This document shows positions 24,601-38,400 of a stretch of 64,000 nt of DNA, in pieces. The notes under the pieces are model-generated. The model was not told where the DNA came from. It ran no database searches and saw only the letters and a list, made by a program, of their open reading frames with translations. Source of the stretch: an uncultured virus (IMG/VR IMGVR_UViG_3300028805_000099) (lineage: Duplodnaviria; Heunggongvirae; Uroviricota; Caudoviricetes; Crassvirales). Each line of letters starts with the position of its first letter. The stretch's first letter is position 1. The stretch lies in IMG/VR virus record IMGVR_UViG_3300028805_000099. One strand, given 5' to 3'. The translations under genes and the position numbers were made by a program.

Positions 24601-27600
24601 AATACCATTTTTAGATGATTCTACAGTTAATTTTCTTACTGAAGAAGAACAATAGTAGTTTGATGAAGCTAATCAAGAAACTAAAGAGGTCTTAAAACAA
24701 AGAGCTGAAGAAAGGAAAGAAAAAACATAGAGAACTTTTTATGCAGTATAGAGTAATAGAAAAAATGGTACAACTATCCCGTAGACAGATGTACCAGAAA
24801 CCACAGATGAAGATAGAAAGGAAGAAACAAACAATACTACTGGAAATGATAGGACTTCTACAGTAAAATCTCAATCTTAGTAGAATTGGTTAGAAAGAGT
24901 AACAAGTATAATAAATGATGATAATCTTAACTTTGGAGCGTTTAATGACTATATAACAGATAAAGAAAGAGAAGGATATAAAAAACTTCTTGCAAATTGT
25001 CTTGCTTATACTTATAATCTTTTAAAGAAAGGGCCTAAATCAATAAAATTTAAAGACTTGCTTGATAGTATAAAAACACAAAGCTTCTATATTACTTTAG
25101 TAGAAAATGATGTAATAGACGGTTTATAGGATTTATTAGAATGGTATTTTAATAAAACCAAAGAAGAACTTTATGGCAAAACAGAAGAGGAAGTTATTGA
25201 GTTATACGGAGATTCAAATATTAATGAACAAGAAAATCAACACGAACCATTTGAACAAATAGAAAGGAATATAAATAGTTTTCAATCAGAAGCTTTATAG
25301 GATAGTACACATTCTTGGAGACCATAGATGAGTTATCTTCCTTTGTTTAGATTTTATAATAGGAATAAAGATTTCATAGATTCCTTACCTGAAGGAAAAA
25401 ATACTCCTTTCTATAAGATAATAGAAGCTATGGATAAAGAAGGAAAATCTCCATACAACAAAGAATATACACATTATCTTATAGAATTGGGTAAATATTT
25501 AGAATAGAAGAGAGCTTATATAAATAGAAGAAACCTTACTGTAGGACAAAAAATAAACTTTGTAACAGATACTGAATTTAATAATAGAGTGAAAGCTATA
25601 GTATGGTTTATGGTCGATGAGAAAGATAATATAGTTGGCAATCTTCCTATCCTTGGTATTTATGATGATTCTTCTGAAGAAAGAAGGTATATAGAAGGTA
25701 CACAAGAGGCTAATGATAATCAAATTGATTTCTTGCTATTTGCACAATAGTAGTTAGAAAAAGCATATCAATCAGCAAATTCCACTAATATAAAATTAAG
25801 AAAAGGCAATGGAACTTTAGCAGAATCAAAAGTTACCGAAATACTTATAGGAAAACCTTTATATCAAGCACAAAGACTTCCATTAAATGATGTATTTGGT
25901 AATAAATTAAAACTTGCAATTAACAAATCACAGGATATAAACAACCCATCGTTTGTGCTTTCTGGAGTATTCAACCCTAAAGAATTCTCAAAAATTCTTC
26001 AACCAGTAAAAGCCCCTACTGGTAAAGCAGAGGTTATAGTATACACATCTTCAGAGAGAAAACCATATCTTCCAATACCTTTTAGTACTCCAAAGTTTAC
26101 AAAGGAAATATAGGATAGTACTATACATAGATATGTAGTAAACTTACTTGAGAACTATAATAAGAATAAGAACTTAAAAACATTAAAAGAGGGTCTTAAC
26201 CTTATCTTTGGTAAATAGAATTTTGGTTATGATGATTCTTCCTCTTCTGAGACTGTCTATATCCACATAGGAAGTAATACTATTAGTGGTAAGAGAGTGG
26301 CTACTACATCTGAACCTTTCTATTCTTTTAATAAAAAAGAAGGTATAAACATAGATGATTTCCTTAACAGATTGTATTCCTAGAATATGCAGATAAACAT
26401 AGCTTTATCTAAAATAAATGACACAAGACTCTTTTTTGAAAATAAGACATATAATTATATTATAGGAGAGATAGCTAGTGTTAACTTACCTGCAAATGGA
26501 GGATACACAGTAGATGACTGGTTTAAGATAAAAGAAATAGATTCTAATGGAAATACTACTAAAGAAAAAGTAAGAACAACTAAAACACTGGATGAAAATC
26601 CAAATTAGGCCTACACTGTAGTAAGTTTTGGTTAGAAGGAATTTGAAGTAGATAGAAACACTTTTGAAATAAAAGATAAGCCTAATAATATAAGTGCTTC
26701 TACTGAGGATATGATTAGATGTATGGCTTACTGTCAATAGGAAGGCTATACTAAGGACAGTACCTTTAAAATGCCTTTCAAATCAAAGACAGATAACCAA
26801 AGTGAATTAAGGTATAATCCTGTTACAAAACAAATATCATTCTCTTCTTAGGCTGATAATGACTTATTATCAGTCCCAGAAGTTGATGATTTAGAAGAAA
26901 TACCACAAGAAGATGGCTATGATAATCCTAGCGAAACTTAGAACTAGAATTAGACTAATACAACAAGGACTGTTAATGTTACTCCATAGACAGAAAACCA
27001 AAAAATAATACCAAGCACTTTTGCTACCACTCCTAATTCTAATGGAGAGATTAACGTATCTTCTTTAAGTAGTACTAATAATGAAAGAACTTATTATGGC
27101 TTAAGAATTAATGGGAGTACTGCTGATTTAATACTGTTAGATAAGGCTGATTATTCAGTACTGCTTAATTTTAAAAGCGTTATGCTTTATCCTGTAGCTA
27201 CCTTTGAAAATTCTAGTGCTGTATCTACCTCATCTAAATTATACATGATTAAACCTGGAAAGATGCAGCTTGTAGGAGATAAATGGGTAATTACTGAAAA
27301 AATGATTATTGGTATAAAGGATTCTATACCACAAAACACATAGAATCCTATTCTTTCAGAAGAAGAAACATACCAATGGTATGAAGATAATTTTATAGAA
27401 GAAGAAGGAATTAGCTTTGATTTATGGCAATATCTTCCATTAGAATAGAGAAGCAATCTTATTAATGCATATAATACAAGCAGTGATAAAACATTGGTTA
27501 ATGATGCTATATAGGATATTGCAAGAAACAATGATAATCTAGAAGGAATAAGTGCTAGAACAAGAGCTTTATTAAATGGAGAAGAAAAATATAGAAAAGT

Positions 27601-28288
27601 CACTCCATACTCCAAACCTATAAAATAGATATAGCATGAAGAAATGGAATGGTTAAGAAGAACTTACCCTTAGTTATCAGGTCAAGAGAGGTTAAGAATA
27701 ATAAATGGACTTATCTAGGTTGCTAATTCTTCTGATAAAGAATATGCTTGGGGTAAGTTTAAAGATGGAATAATGTATATTTCCAATAAAGCTGCTTAGG
27801 GAACTGTTTATCACGAAGCTTTCCACGCTGTAGTAAATTTACTTATGGATTAGAGAGAAATTGATAATATGTTTGATGCAGCAATGAAAAAATATGGAAA
27901 TAAATCAAGATTGGAGTTAGAGGAAAACCTTGCAGAGGATTTCAGAAGATATATGCAAATGAATGAATCACAAGAGGGAAATGTTATAACAAGATTCTTC
28001 AGGTAGTTAAAGAATATAATAACAAGTTTATTCTCTAATGGAATTACATTAAACAATATATTCGGTAGAATAAGTAATGGTGTTTATGTAAATAAAAACA
28101 AGAATGACCTTGCTGAAAAACAAAAGGATGAAAGCTCTGAGATATTAGACTATCATATTAATAAAATATCCTATAAAAATCTTAATCAAGAGTAGAGGAA
28201 TTATTTATTATAGCACTAGATAACTCCTGAAATATATGAATAGCTTTCATAGGAAGAAAAAGAAAGATTGTTATATTGTATGAGTTAA
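21680..28288 (+). CDS. large virion cargo protein with C-terminal zincin motif, about 2202 aa, TAG-recoded
   Basis: ORFs 22283, 22724 and 26387 share one frame; N-terminal Gly-rich hydrophobic region; GTVYHEAFHAV...LEENLAEDF near 27800-27945. Confidence 0.8.
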
Positions 28289-28304
28289 TATTTTAAAAAC
28301 AAGC

Positions 28305-28344
28305 AAAAAATAAGGGGAGGCTAATAACCTCCCCTTTTTGTTTT
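28305..28344. terminator. bidirectional intrinsic terminator between convergent operons
   Basis: AAAAAATAAGGGGAGG-CTAATAA-CCTCCCCTTTTTGTTTT; A run on one side, T run on the other. Confidence 0.85.
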
Positions 28345-28355
28345 ATTATTAGATA

Positions 28356-31300
28356 TTACCAAGGTCTGGCATAATAGCTAATACTTGTATCAAGCTCACC
28401 AACAAATCTTCCAATTTGTTCTATCTATGCAACTCCATATAAAGGAGCTTTTAAGAAGTTTTTATGCAATGTACTCATTCCTTTGTAAGGTCCTGATTGA
28501 AGTTCATTTGCATAATCTGATGGTGTAATTAAACTTACTCCTAAGTTCACCATATTATTTATACTAGATAATGCAGGTATAGGAGTTTTCACAGTCTTCA
28601 TTGTTTCTTGAATCATTCCTCTTTTTGCAGGAATTGGAGTAAGTCCTCCTAATTCATGCATTTCTCTTTTTGCCATGTATTCAGCAAGCTTTAATGTCCA
28701 AGGTCTGTCTTTATCATCTGGCCATTGAATTAATGATGCTAATGCCCATACAGCTAAGTACTGGAATATTTCAAACAATGACCTTCTTATATTAGCAACT
28801 TCATAATCTTTTAGTTGTGTTTGAGAAGGTGAATAGTTGAATGTTTGCTACCACACTTCTCCTAATTGTATTTTTCCTCTTACACATTCATTTATTACTC
28901 TTACCAAAGTCCTATAATATCCTTCCTATTCCTTACCTAAATTAATATTATACTGTTTTGCCATAAATCTTTTATTCATTTGTGGTTTTATCCACTTTCT
29001 ATATTGTAATAAAAGCCTGCCTATTGCAACTCTATTTGCTGCATTCATATCATCAGTATTGTATACTCCGAATAAACTTTGGTTTATATCTTTGACATAT
29101 AATGAAAATTTGTTAACATCGAATTTTGTACCATCAAGATTCTTTATTGAGGATGTATCAATCGTTTTTACACCATTTCCATCTTCAGTTACCTCTAAGG
29201 CTTCCCACAATGACATTTCTTTACCATCCTTAATAACCCTTTCTCTTAATGCACAAGCAATGGCTGTTCTATTATACAACCAATGGTCTCCTGCATCTTG
29301 TCCTAAATAAGCAATTTGTTCTCCAAAAATCCTTTTTAATAAATTACTATGTTGCTATCTTTTCACCTATTGGTCAAAAGTCTGTCTTACATTAAACAAT
29401 TGGTCAAATAAGGCTAATTTGCTTGTTTTAATGCGTTTTCCAATGTCAGTGGTATAATCTATCATTTCTTGGGCAAAAACTTTATCTGCCTAAAGCAATT
29501 CCTTATAATTGAAAAATTCTCCAGAGGCGGCTTCAATCCTTTGCATTGCTTTTCCAGTAGCAATATTAGCAAGGTTTGCTAACCAGTTAAACCCTAAATT
29601 TGCTAACGATGACCTTCTTAGAATCTCACTTACTACCTTATTGGTATTTATATTAGTATTAAATAATGTTCCGTGGTCTTTTAAATATCTTCCATAAACC
29701 TGACATTCTAAGAAGTCATTTAATTTTTCTGTTATATTACTATTCTATACTATTATATTTTTACTTATTGTATTTCCTAATATCTTAAATCTTTCTATCA
29801 CTTTATTGGCTCCTCTAGTCTACTGTACTTCTAAATTCTCTTTTATAAGAATTCTTCCAATTTCAAGCTAATCCACTATCTTATTAAGTTGCTTATAATT
29901 ATTTGAGGAATAAGCATAACTCATAAGTGTAGAAAATACATCAGTAGATATTTCATTTGGATTTTCAAGTTTAGTAATATACAATGCAGGAATGACCATA
30001 AATTCACTTCCATCAAAATCAACTAAAGTATTTCTAGTGACTTCTCCAAATTGTTGATTATCATCAGACTAGTCAAGAAACCTTTCTTTTTCCAACTGCT
30101 TTAGGTTTTCCCACAAAGCTTGTGGAGATTTTGCAGAATCAGCAAGTCTCTGAAAAGCTCCTTTTCTTACTTGTATACAAGAAAGTTCTTTGACTAATCC
30201 TTCTTTTACTATATTATAGTTCTAGTCTAATTTTAACTTTATAGACATGAATTTATGATATAATTCCTTCTATTTGTCAGAGAAGCTGTCAAAATCTTTA
30301 TTTCTATAATAATTTTTATTTGGACGAAACCCAAATTTCCCTTCACAGTGTATACTTCTCCAAGCATTAAGTTCCTTTAAGTACTCTTTAGCTTTATTTC
30401 CAGTTGGATTTGTACCATATTTATCCTTTAATTCTTTTATTTTTTCATCATAATCAAGCTAGAATTCAGCATAATTAATTTCACTTATATAATTTCCGCT
30501 TTTATTTCCATTTCTATCCTTTTCAAATAACCATTCATAATCTCTTATTTCAGCTTCATCAAATTCTTTCATTAAGGATTGGATTTCTCTAATATCTTTA
30601 ATTGTATCTAATCTAGCAACTCCTTTATACTGTTGTACAATAGAATCAAATACCTATAGTATCATTGATTGTGAGGCACTCATTGGGTCTAACCACCTGT
30701 CAAAGAATGAAATATCTTTTTCTGCTACTTTCATAAGAGTTTCAGCAGTTATTTCCTAACCAGCCTTATCTACCAATCCTTTTGGAACAAAAGGAGTTAT
30801 GAATTTACAAAACAACGGCATTGCATAATATACAAATTTTTGAGATAACTGTTTCTATATCTATACCATCTAGTCAACTACTTCCTATACTGATAATTCT
30901 GTTATATTTCCATTATCATCCAAAAAACTTATTTTTTGTGTGAGCCATTCCTTATCCTCTTCTTCCTCTATTTTTCCATGTAATCTCAAAGATTCTTGAA
31001 TTTCCTCCTAATCGGCTAATATTGCTTGGTTTACACTATCTATAAACTCTTGACAAGAAGCTATGTGTTGCCTTGTTTCTCTAAGAATACTAAATTGCTT
31101 ATCAGTACTGAAATTATTTATGTCATTAAGCCACTTATTCATTCTCTACATCTATGAATTGATATAAGAACCATAATCACAAATACCAGCTACAGTGTCT
31201 CTATCTTTTATGTTTTTATTAAGTTTGGCTATAATATCCCTTATTTTCTCTTTTTTGTCTTGCTTCTAGGATATTTTATATTTTTTGGATTCTATCTATA

Positions 31301-32387
31301 CTGCATTTTTAAGTATATCAAGGTTTCTATCAATTCTTGTACTTAGTCTGTTAAATTGTACATCTCGTTCAGACCCTGCAAGCTATTCTTGAGTAGGAGA
31401 AATAGTACCTTGTAGAATATTCTTGGAAAGTTCTTCCATAGTCTAATCTGCTTCTATAATGGCTTGTTCAATTTCTGAAAAATCATAATCTTCAAATTGA
31501 CTTTGTAAGTAAAATAAAGTTCTATCTAAAATACTATAATCTCCTACTCCATTCCTACTTAAAAGATGGTCTTGAAGTATCTGTCCAAGAGCTTCTTCTG
31601 CCATCAATAATTTGTTTCCGTTAAAAAATACCTTAGTAGGATTATATTCATCCTATAATATGGCCATTAATAACTCATCACTCTGAGCAATAGCGTTAAT
31701 AGCTCTTTGTATTTTTATATCATCCTTGAACAATCCTACAGTAAGGTGGGAAAATTCTTCACTAAGGGCCATAGCACCTTCATAGTTATTAGCTACTCTT
31801 ACAACCTAGGAAAAATCGTTTGCCATTGATTTCACTTTAGAAAAGTCAGTTACTCCTGCTCTTCCTGCCTAAAACTCATAGTCATATAACATTCCTACCG
31901 TAACACCAATATTACCAAATATATCTGATAATCTTCTATTTAATAAAAATGATGAATACTAGTTGTTATATTTACTCTCTTTTTCTTTAGTCCTTTTACT
32001 TATTTTAGTTTTAATTTTATCTCCATCATATTCAAGAGTTGCAATCATTTTATCTCTTAATGGAGATTTCGTATTAAACTCATGGCACTATTCTAACACG
32101 GCCTCAAAATTTTCAAGAGTGTCCTACATAGGCTAAAAGCTATTATCCTGTAGTATTATATTGTTATCTTCTCCTATTATCTATTGTAGATAAGGATTCG
32201 ACAATATAGAGTTTATTGTAGGAACACCCTCATTATCAAGAATGAGGGTATCCCTATAATCATTTATAAAATCTGGATTGATAGCCTAAAGGAATACTTC
32301 CTTTGCTTTTTCATAACCCAAATCTTTCTTCAACCTTTCAAATTGTTTTTTACCTCTTGATGGAGATACTACACAAGATTTACTCAT
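28356..32387 (-). CDS. large virion cargo protein, 1343 aa, TAG-recoded
   Basis: MSKSCVVSPSRG... to ...YYARPW-TAA; ORFs 28425 and 28926 in frame; degenerate zincin-like ALSEEFSHL...EEALG; LLQYRKWI motif. Confidence 0.8.
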
Positions 32388-32405
32388 ATTATATTATATT
32401 TATTG

Positions 32406-35400
32406 TTAATCAAAATCTGCAAAATCACCAAAATCACATAAGCGTTTGTCTAAACTCTACTAAGATTTCTCACTATCATATTTTGGTTCCTACTGTTTAT
32501 ATCCTCTATTTATAGTTATCTAAGTTTCACTATCAGGTAAACTTTCCATAGCTTTCTCCTATCCTTCCAGTTGTTGTTTTACAGAAGAATTTTCTTCAGT
32601 GCTATTATCTAATTCCCAATAAAACCAGTCTGTTGTTACAACTCCATCTTGTTTTTTCTAGGTCTATTTGGAGTTAATAATATACTAGTTTATTTCATCT
32701 ATTGACATATTTGGATTATAGATAGGTGTTTGAGTTCTTAATATAGATATTATAGGAGTAACATCTTCATAAGTATCTTCTTCAACATGTCTTAAGTATA
32801 TGGTATATTTCTCTCCACCAAAGCTATCTTTTCTAGTAAAACTTATAAATTCAGGTTTCTATAATCCTTCAGACTCATCAGTATCTTCAGTAATATATTG
32901 AAATTGTTGAAGACTCTACAGATATTTTACTTGAGAAGGTCTGATACGCTTTGCAAATTTATCTATGTTATTATACATATATTGCTAGGAAAATCTTTCC
33001 ATAAATTCTCTATTAGTAATACTTTCTAACTATCTTAGAATATCAATATATTCAGGGAATTGTTCTATAAAATGAGTACTCAAGAACTAACTATAGGAAC
33101 TATGGTCAACAGCAAATCCATTATAATAGTAAGCATATAGTAGTAAATCCTTTGCAAGTTGCAACGCTTCTGTATTATCCTTATCTTCAATCAATTCATC
33201 AAAGTTTCTAATATAGGTATCTTCTACTGCTGGGTCTGTTTTACCTCCTTTTATCAATACTATTCTTCCTCTCTAGTCAACATCCATCATTTGCATTACT
33301 CCTAATTTCTTTATAAATGATTTATTAGAAGAAAGTAATTCTTTGAATTTATTTGGAAATACATTGAGATAATAATCTCTTTTTTCTAAATAAGACATTC
33401 CATAACCATCTCCAAACAATTCAGTATTAACTAATACAGCCTGTACTAATCTTCTATAGAAATCTTCTATTTGCTTATCTTCTAACATACTTGAAGACAT
33501 ATATTGCAAATAACTAAGTTCTTCTCTTACTTCATCGTTATTCTAAGTAAATAAGTATTTAGAAACCATCTATAATGGTAATTCTGTTCCCAATGTATGC
33601 ATAGCCTATGCCATAGGAATTTTACTCAATAATATCATTCTCCTCAAATCATTTCTTGTCCATTTTTTACTTGCACCATTTTCTATCATTCCTCCTAAAC
33701 CAGAAATAATACTTCGTTTTGGTTTACCAGTATTCTTATTTACTAAAAACTTATATTTGAAATCTTCAACAGCATATACTTTTGCTTGAGCCTGTGCAAG
33801 TGTAGATGAAGCGTTTGTTGGAGAATCTGCCTTTGCAATCTTGCTTAATGCTGATATAGGTTTTGCAAACAATGTCATTTCCTTAAAGAATAATAAACAT
33901 TTCAAAGTGTTCAAAGTGTTTTTCTGTCCTAAAATATCATTATTCTAATTTGTATCGTAGGGTTTTAATATTGCTCTTATAAGGTCAGCAGTAGTGATTG
34001 ATGTGTAATCAAGAGTACTAAGTTCCTATTCACTAAACAATTTAGTTAAATTCTATATGTAAGAATCAATATTGTTATAGCTTTTATCCTATAGGAACAT
34101 GTCTCTTAAAGGTTTTATATTGACTAATAAAGAAATCTCATCAATAGTGAATCCTGCTCTTACCATAAATATTGTAATTCCTGCTGTATTTAAGTTTTGC
34201 ATCAAGTTTGCTAATGACGGGTCTTTCACATTATCTACAGACCCAGCTTGAAAATTTGCCATAACTTTTGTTATCCTTTCTCCTAAACCATTATCTATTC
34301 TGTCTATTTCGTCTATAGTTCTTCCATTAATAAAGAAATTCACCTTTTCATAATTACCATCCTAAGTTTTCTTGGTCTTATTAAGTCTTAACCCTGACTC
34401 CTATAATTTTTGGTGTTGTGAACTTCCGTTTGCATAAGAACCAATAAGGGCTTTACCAGTCATATTCTAAATATAGTTGTATACGAAAGTATCTATACTT
34501 GCAACATTTCTCTTCTACTCATATTTACTAATGTAATTTTCTATATCATCTAATGAAAGACCTTTTGTATTATTTGAATAGAACATTTTCTTTATTTCAA
34601 GCACCACTTCATCTGTGCAAGCGTCTATCTAAGCATCTGTAAAATTCTTTTCTCTACCTTTTTCATCCTTATAGGTTCTTTCATTCTTTAATATAGACCT
34701 TATTATATCATTGTGGGTAAGGATATATGCTGCTTTTGAATATTTTTTAAGAACATCAAAGTTACCAGGATTCTAGAAAATATGTATTGTTTCATTATTG
34801 GTAAGTATTCCCCATTTAAGGTCAAATAAGAAATTATTTCTTTGTTCCCTATTTAATTCTTCAGGTTTAAGTGAAGGGTCATATTGAACAGCTTGATATC
34901 TTATCACATTTCCATCTTTATCCTTGATTTTTTCTCTTTCTCTAAATATAAGAAACATCTTATCAACATCAAAGTCACATCCTGCAAGAGCTGTGATATC
35001 AGAAGCAAGCATTATTGCAGAACCATTTTGTACTGGAAGAAATCCTTTTATTCTTAAAGGGGCTATTGAATATTTATCTTCCGTTGGGATACGATAACCT
35101 ATAGCCTCAAGAAGTTCAGGACATTCCTTCTCCATTCTTTCTATGTCTAATTCCTCATATTTTTCAGTAACTATTTTACCCTATTTTTCATCAAATCTTT
35201 CAACATATTTTTCAATAATATAATCTATATATGCACTTCTCATGTAGAAAGGCATATAACACTCTATATATTTTAGTCGTATATTTGAATCATTAATTCC
35301 AAGTTTCTTTGCCTCCTTATAACTTATAGTTCTTCCACTTCCATCAGTATATTCATATACAACTTGCAATTCATCAGTAAGTCCTATATCAGAAACAAGT

Positions 35401-38400
35401 ATGCTAGCTCCTCCTGTTTGTTTTTGTTTTAATAATCCATTTTTAATAAATGAGAATATAAGTTCTTGGGACTTATACATTTGTGGAGCACAGAAAGGTA
35501 ATCTAGTAACAGTCTTTCCATTTTTATCTTTTATAAGTTGTAATGCTTCTCTAAAAGCTCTATTATATTTTTCATTACCTTTTGTGATTTCAAGCATCTT
35601 ATCAACAAAGTCCTTTAAACTCTCTTCATCACTTACATCAATAATGGATTTTACAGCATAATAGTCGTCCAAAAAATTCTCTACATACAAAGCGTTGTAT
35701 ACCTTTTTAATATCCTTCTCTCCAGCTTCTGCATTAGGTTTTTTAGCAAACACCTAACCATTTATTTCCATTCTAAAATTATCATTTAAGTCAGCTATAG
35801 TAACATTTCTATACTAACTACCATCTGTCTCATCTTTATCAAACAAACTTTCTGGAGTAGGAGATACTATACAATATCCTTCAGTAGGAAGTACTTTAAC
35901 TACATCATAATTAAAATCATATCCATTTCCAGTGTTAGATTTTATCATTCCACTTTCTCTTACTAATGTATTATATACCTCATCCTAATCCATTTGAAGG
36001 GCATCATATATAGCGTTTATCTCTTCTTGGGAATAAGGCATATCTTGGAAATTACTTGCATTATCGTTTTGTGAGTAGAAATATTTTAATATTCTATCAA
36101 AATCAGTTTCTCCCTTACTTCCAGTACTTACAGGAGTGAAGGCATATTCTCCTAAAGGAGTAACTATTTTTCCTTCCTATAAAGCCTTTGTTACCTTTAT
36201 TCTACTATAGTTCAAATCTATTGGGTTAGAACACCCAGTTTTAACCCCGGATTCAAATATTAATGTATCAATACCGCTCTTTTCTAAGAACCTAGACATT
36301 CCTAAAAGTTTTGGAGAATTCTTGGTTTCTCCAGCGAACATTGTGAACATAGCCATAAGTACAAACTCTGAATCCTTATTTTGGTGAGGAACATGATGAA
36401 TATTTCCTTCTGAGTCAGTTTCATCTACTACAGCATATAAGAAAGGTTTTATAGTCTGGTATACAGTATAAAAATCCTGTTTATCCCAAGAACCACTTAT
36501 TATATGTTGATAAGTTTCTTCTAAGTCTTCAGTCCATCTTCCCTACTAATCTAATATCTTTTTATAAGAAGAAATGGACCTTAAAGCCTGAGCATCACTG
36601 TTGTTTACCTTCTTAAATGTACCTAAAATAACCTATTTGTCTATTTCCGTGAGTTTTCCTTCCTTAATTCCTTTCTCACATATGAATCTAATATGATTAT
36701 ATACTCTAGAACGAAACACATCATCTTTTAGGTATATTGCAAGTTGAGTATTACTCTATCCTACAGTATTTAATTTAGTTCCACTTGCATAAATTTCTTT
36801 CCATCTCTTTTGGAAATCTCCAGGATTTTTATAAAATGCTGGGTCTACACCCATCATATGGATTATATTCATTTCAGCAAGCAAGTTATTCCAATAGAAT
36901 TCCTTAAGCTTTCTTTCAAACATATCGTTATTCTCAGCTTCCTATTCTGTAAGAACTTTCTCCTATACTAAATCTCTCTTAATATCTTGTTTGACAGTAT
37001 CTCTTATATCAGAAATAAATCTTGATACATAAGTATCCAATATTTGGTTTATTCCTTGGTCTATAAGAGTATTTTTAGCTTGCTCCTTTGCATAAGAAGA
37101 CATATTACTTTCTTCAATACTTCTAAGTCCTTGAATTAAAGTAATCTAAGTTTCATCAGAAGTACCTTGGTTAATAGGGAATATAGCATTATTGAACTCT
37201 GGAAAGAATTGGAATTCAAGTCCTTTTTTACTATAATTCTATATTTGTTTTCCTCCATTTTCATTCTATCTTCTTACATACTCAATTCTATTAAGTTCAT
37301 ATTTTACTATATTTCTAAACAAAGGAATCATCTTATCCTCGAACTGTCCTTCTCTATCATCGTATTTTATAAACTTAAAGAAAATTGCAGCAGGAGAGTC
37401 AGCAAGGATAGGAGAATTATACCAAGCATACTAGTATCTCATACCACTAGTTTGAGGTATAGAGTAGTACATATGTATAAATCCTCTGTATAGCATATCA
37501 TCAGTCCAAGATTTATAATCTTGCACTTCTCCATTATTATCCTACATAGTAGCCATATGAGCATGTTCTAATTGTTGCATTAATTCATCTTTAGTTCCTT
37601 CACTATCATTAAGAAGGTCTAACCAACTGAAATAAAAATGCTCACCATTACTATCCTAATATACCATCTTTCTATCTCTTGCCCATCTCTCTAACCATTC
37701 CTTGTTTTTTCTTTTATTTTTCAATTTCTTTATTGTAGTAGAGTAATGGCTAGGTTTGGAGAAGCATTGTAAAGCAGTTCCATCCTTCATTCTAACAGAA
37801 GATGAATAATTAAACTCTGACACATAACCTATTTGATTAGCTATTTGGCTATACCAAGAATTATATAGACTAAATATATCAAGGTCCTTCAATGACTCTC
37901 TTCCATTTAAATCCCCAACTATTGATTTTATATTTTCTAACAATAAAAGTATATTAGTCTCTACAGTATCATTATCTTCTTTTAATACCTCTAATGCTGG
38001 TTGTAAAGACTATCTGTTAGTATTAAAACCTATCGCCTTTAGAATCTAAGCAAGCTTGTTGTATACAGAATTATTTCCATCTTCTTCCATATAAGATTGA
38101 AGATTTTTTGTAACATCAGATATTCTATCAAGAATCTTACTAAGGTGTTCTCTGCTTATATTACCCGAAGAATCCCACATTTGCATATCAGGATTCGTTA
38201 TAAGCTAAACATGCTTATTTATGTTCATCTATAATTCATCCATAGCAGCCTGCTATTCTGTCTTTTTAGACATAGGTATCATTTTCTGTACATTAATAAA
38301 AGAACCATCTGGCTGTTCAACGCTTTGTGTAATTAATGTGAGTTCTTGGAAATAATCGTTTCTTAAATCAGCATAAAAAGCATTTGCATAAGAATGATTT

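Noticed and set aside
1233..28056. Minus-strand ORFs over the virion module (e.g. 1233-1598, 2456-3145, 9251-9616, 27187-27615)
   Set aside because: Antisense shadows of long plus-strand genes; no recognisable motifs
32406..32436. GATTTTG x3 repeat resembling a promoter upstream of gene 32387
   Set aside because: It encodes the polymerase C-terminus DFGDFADFD and lacks the TA of TAnnTTTG
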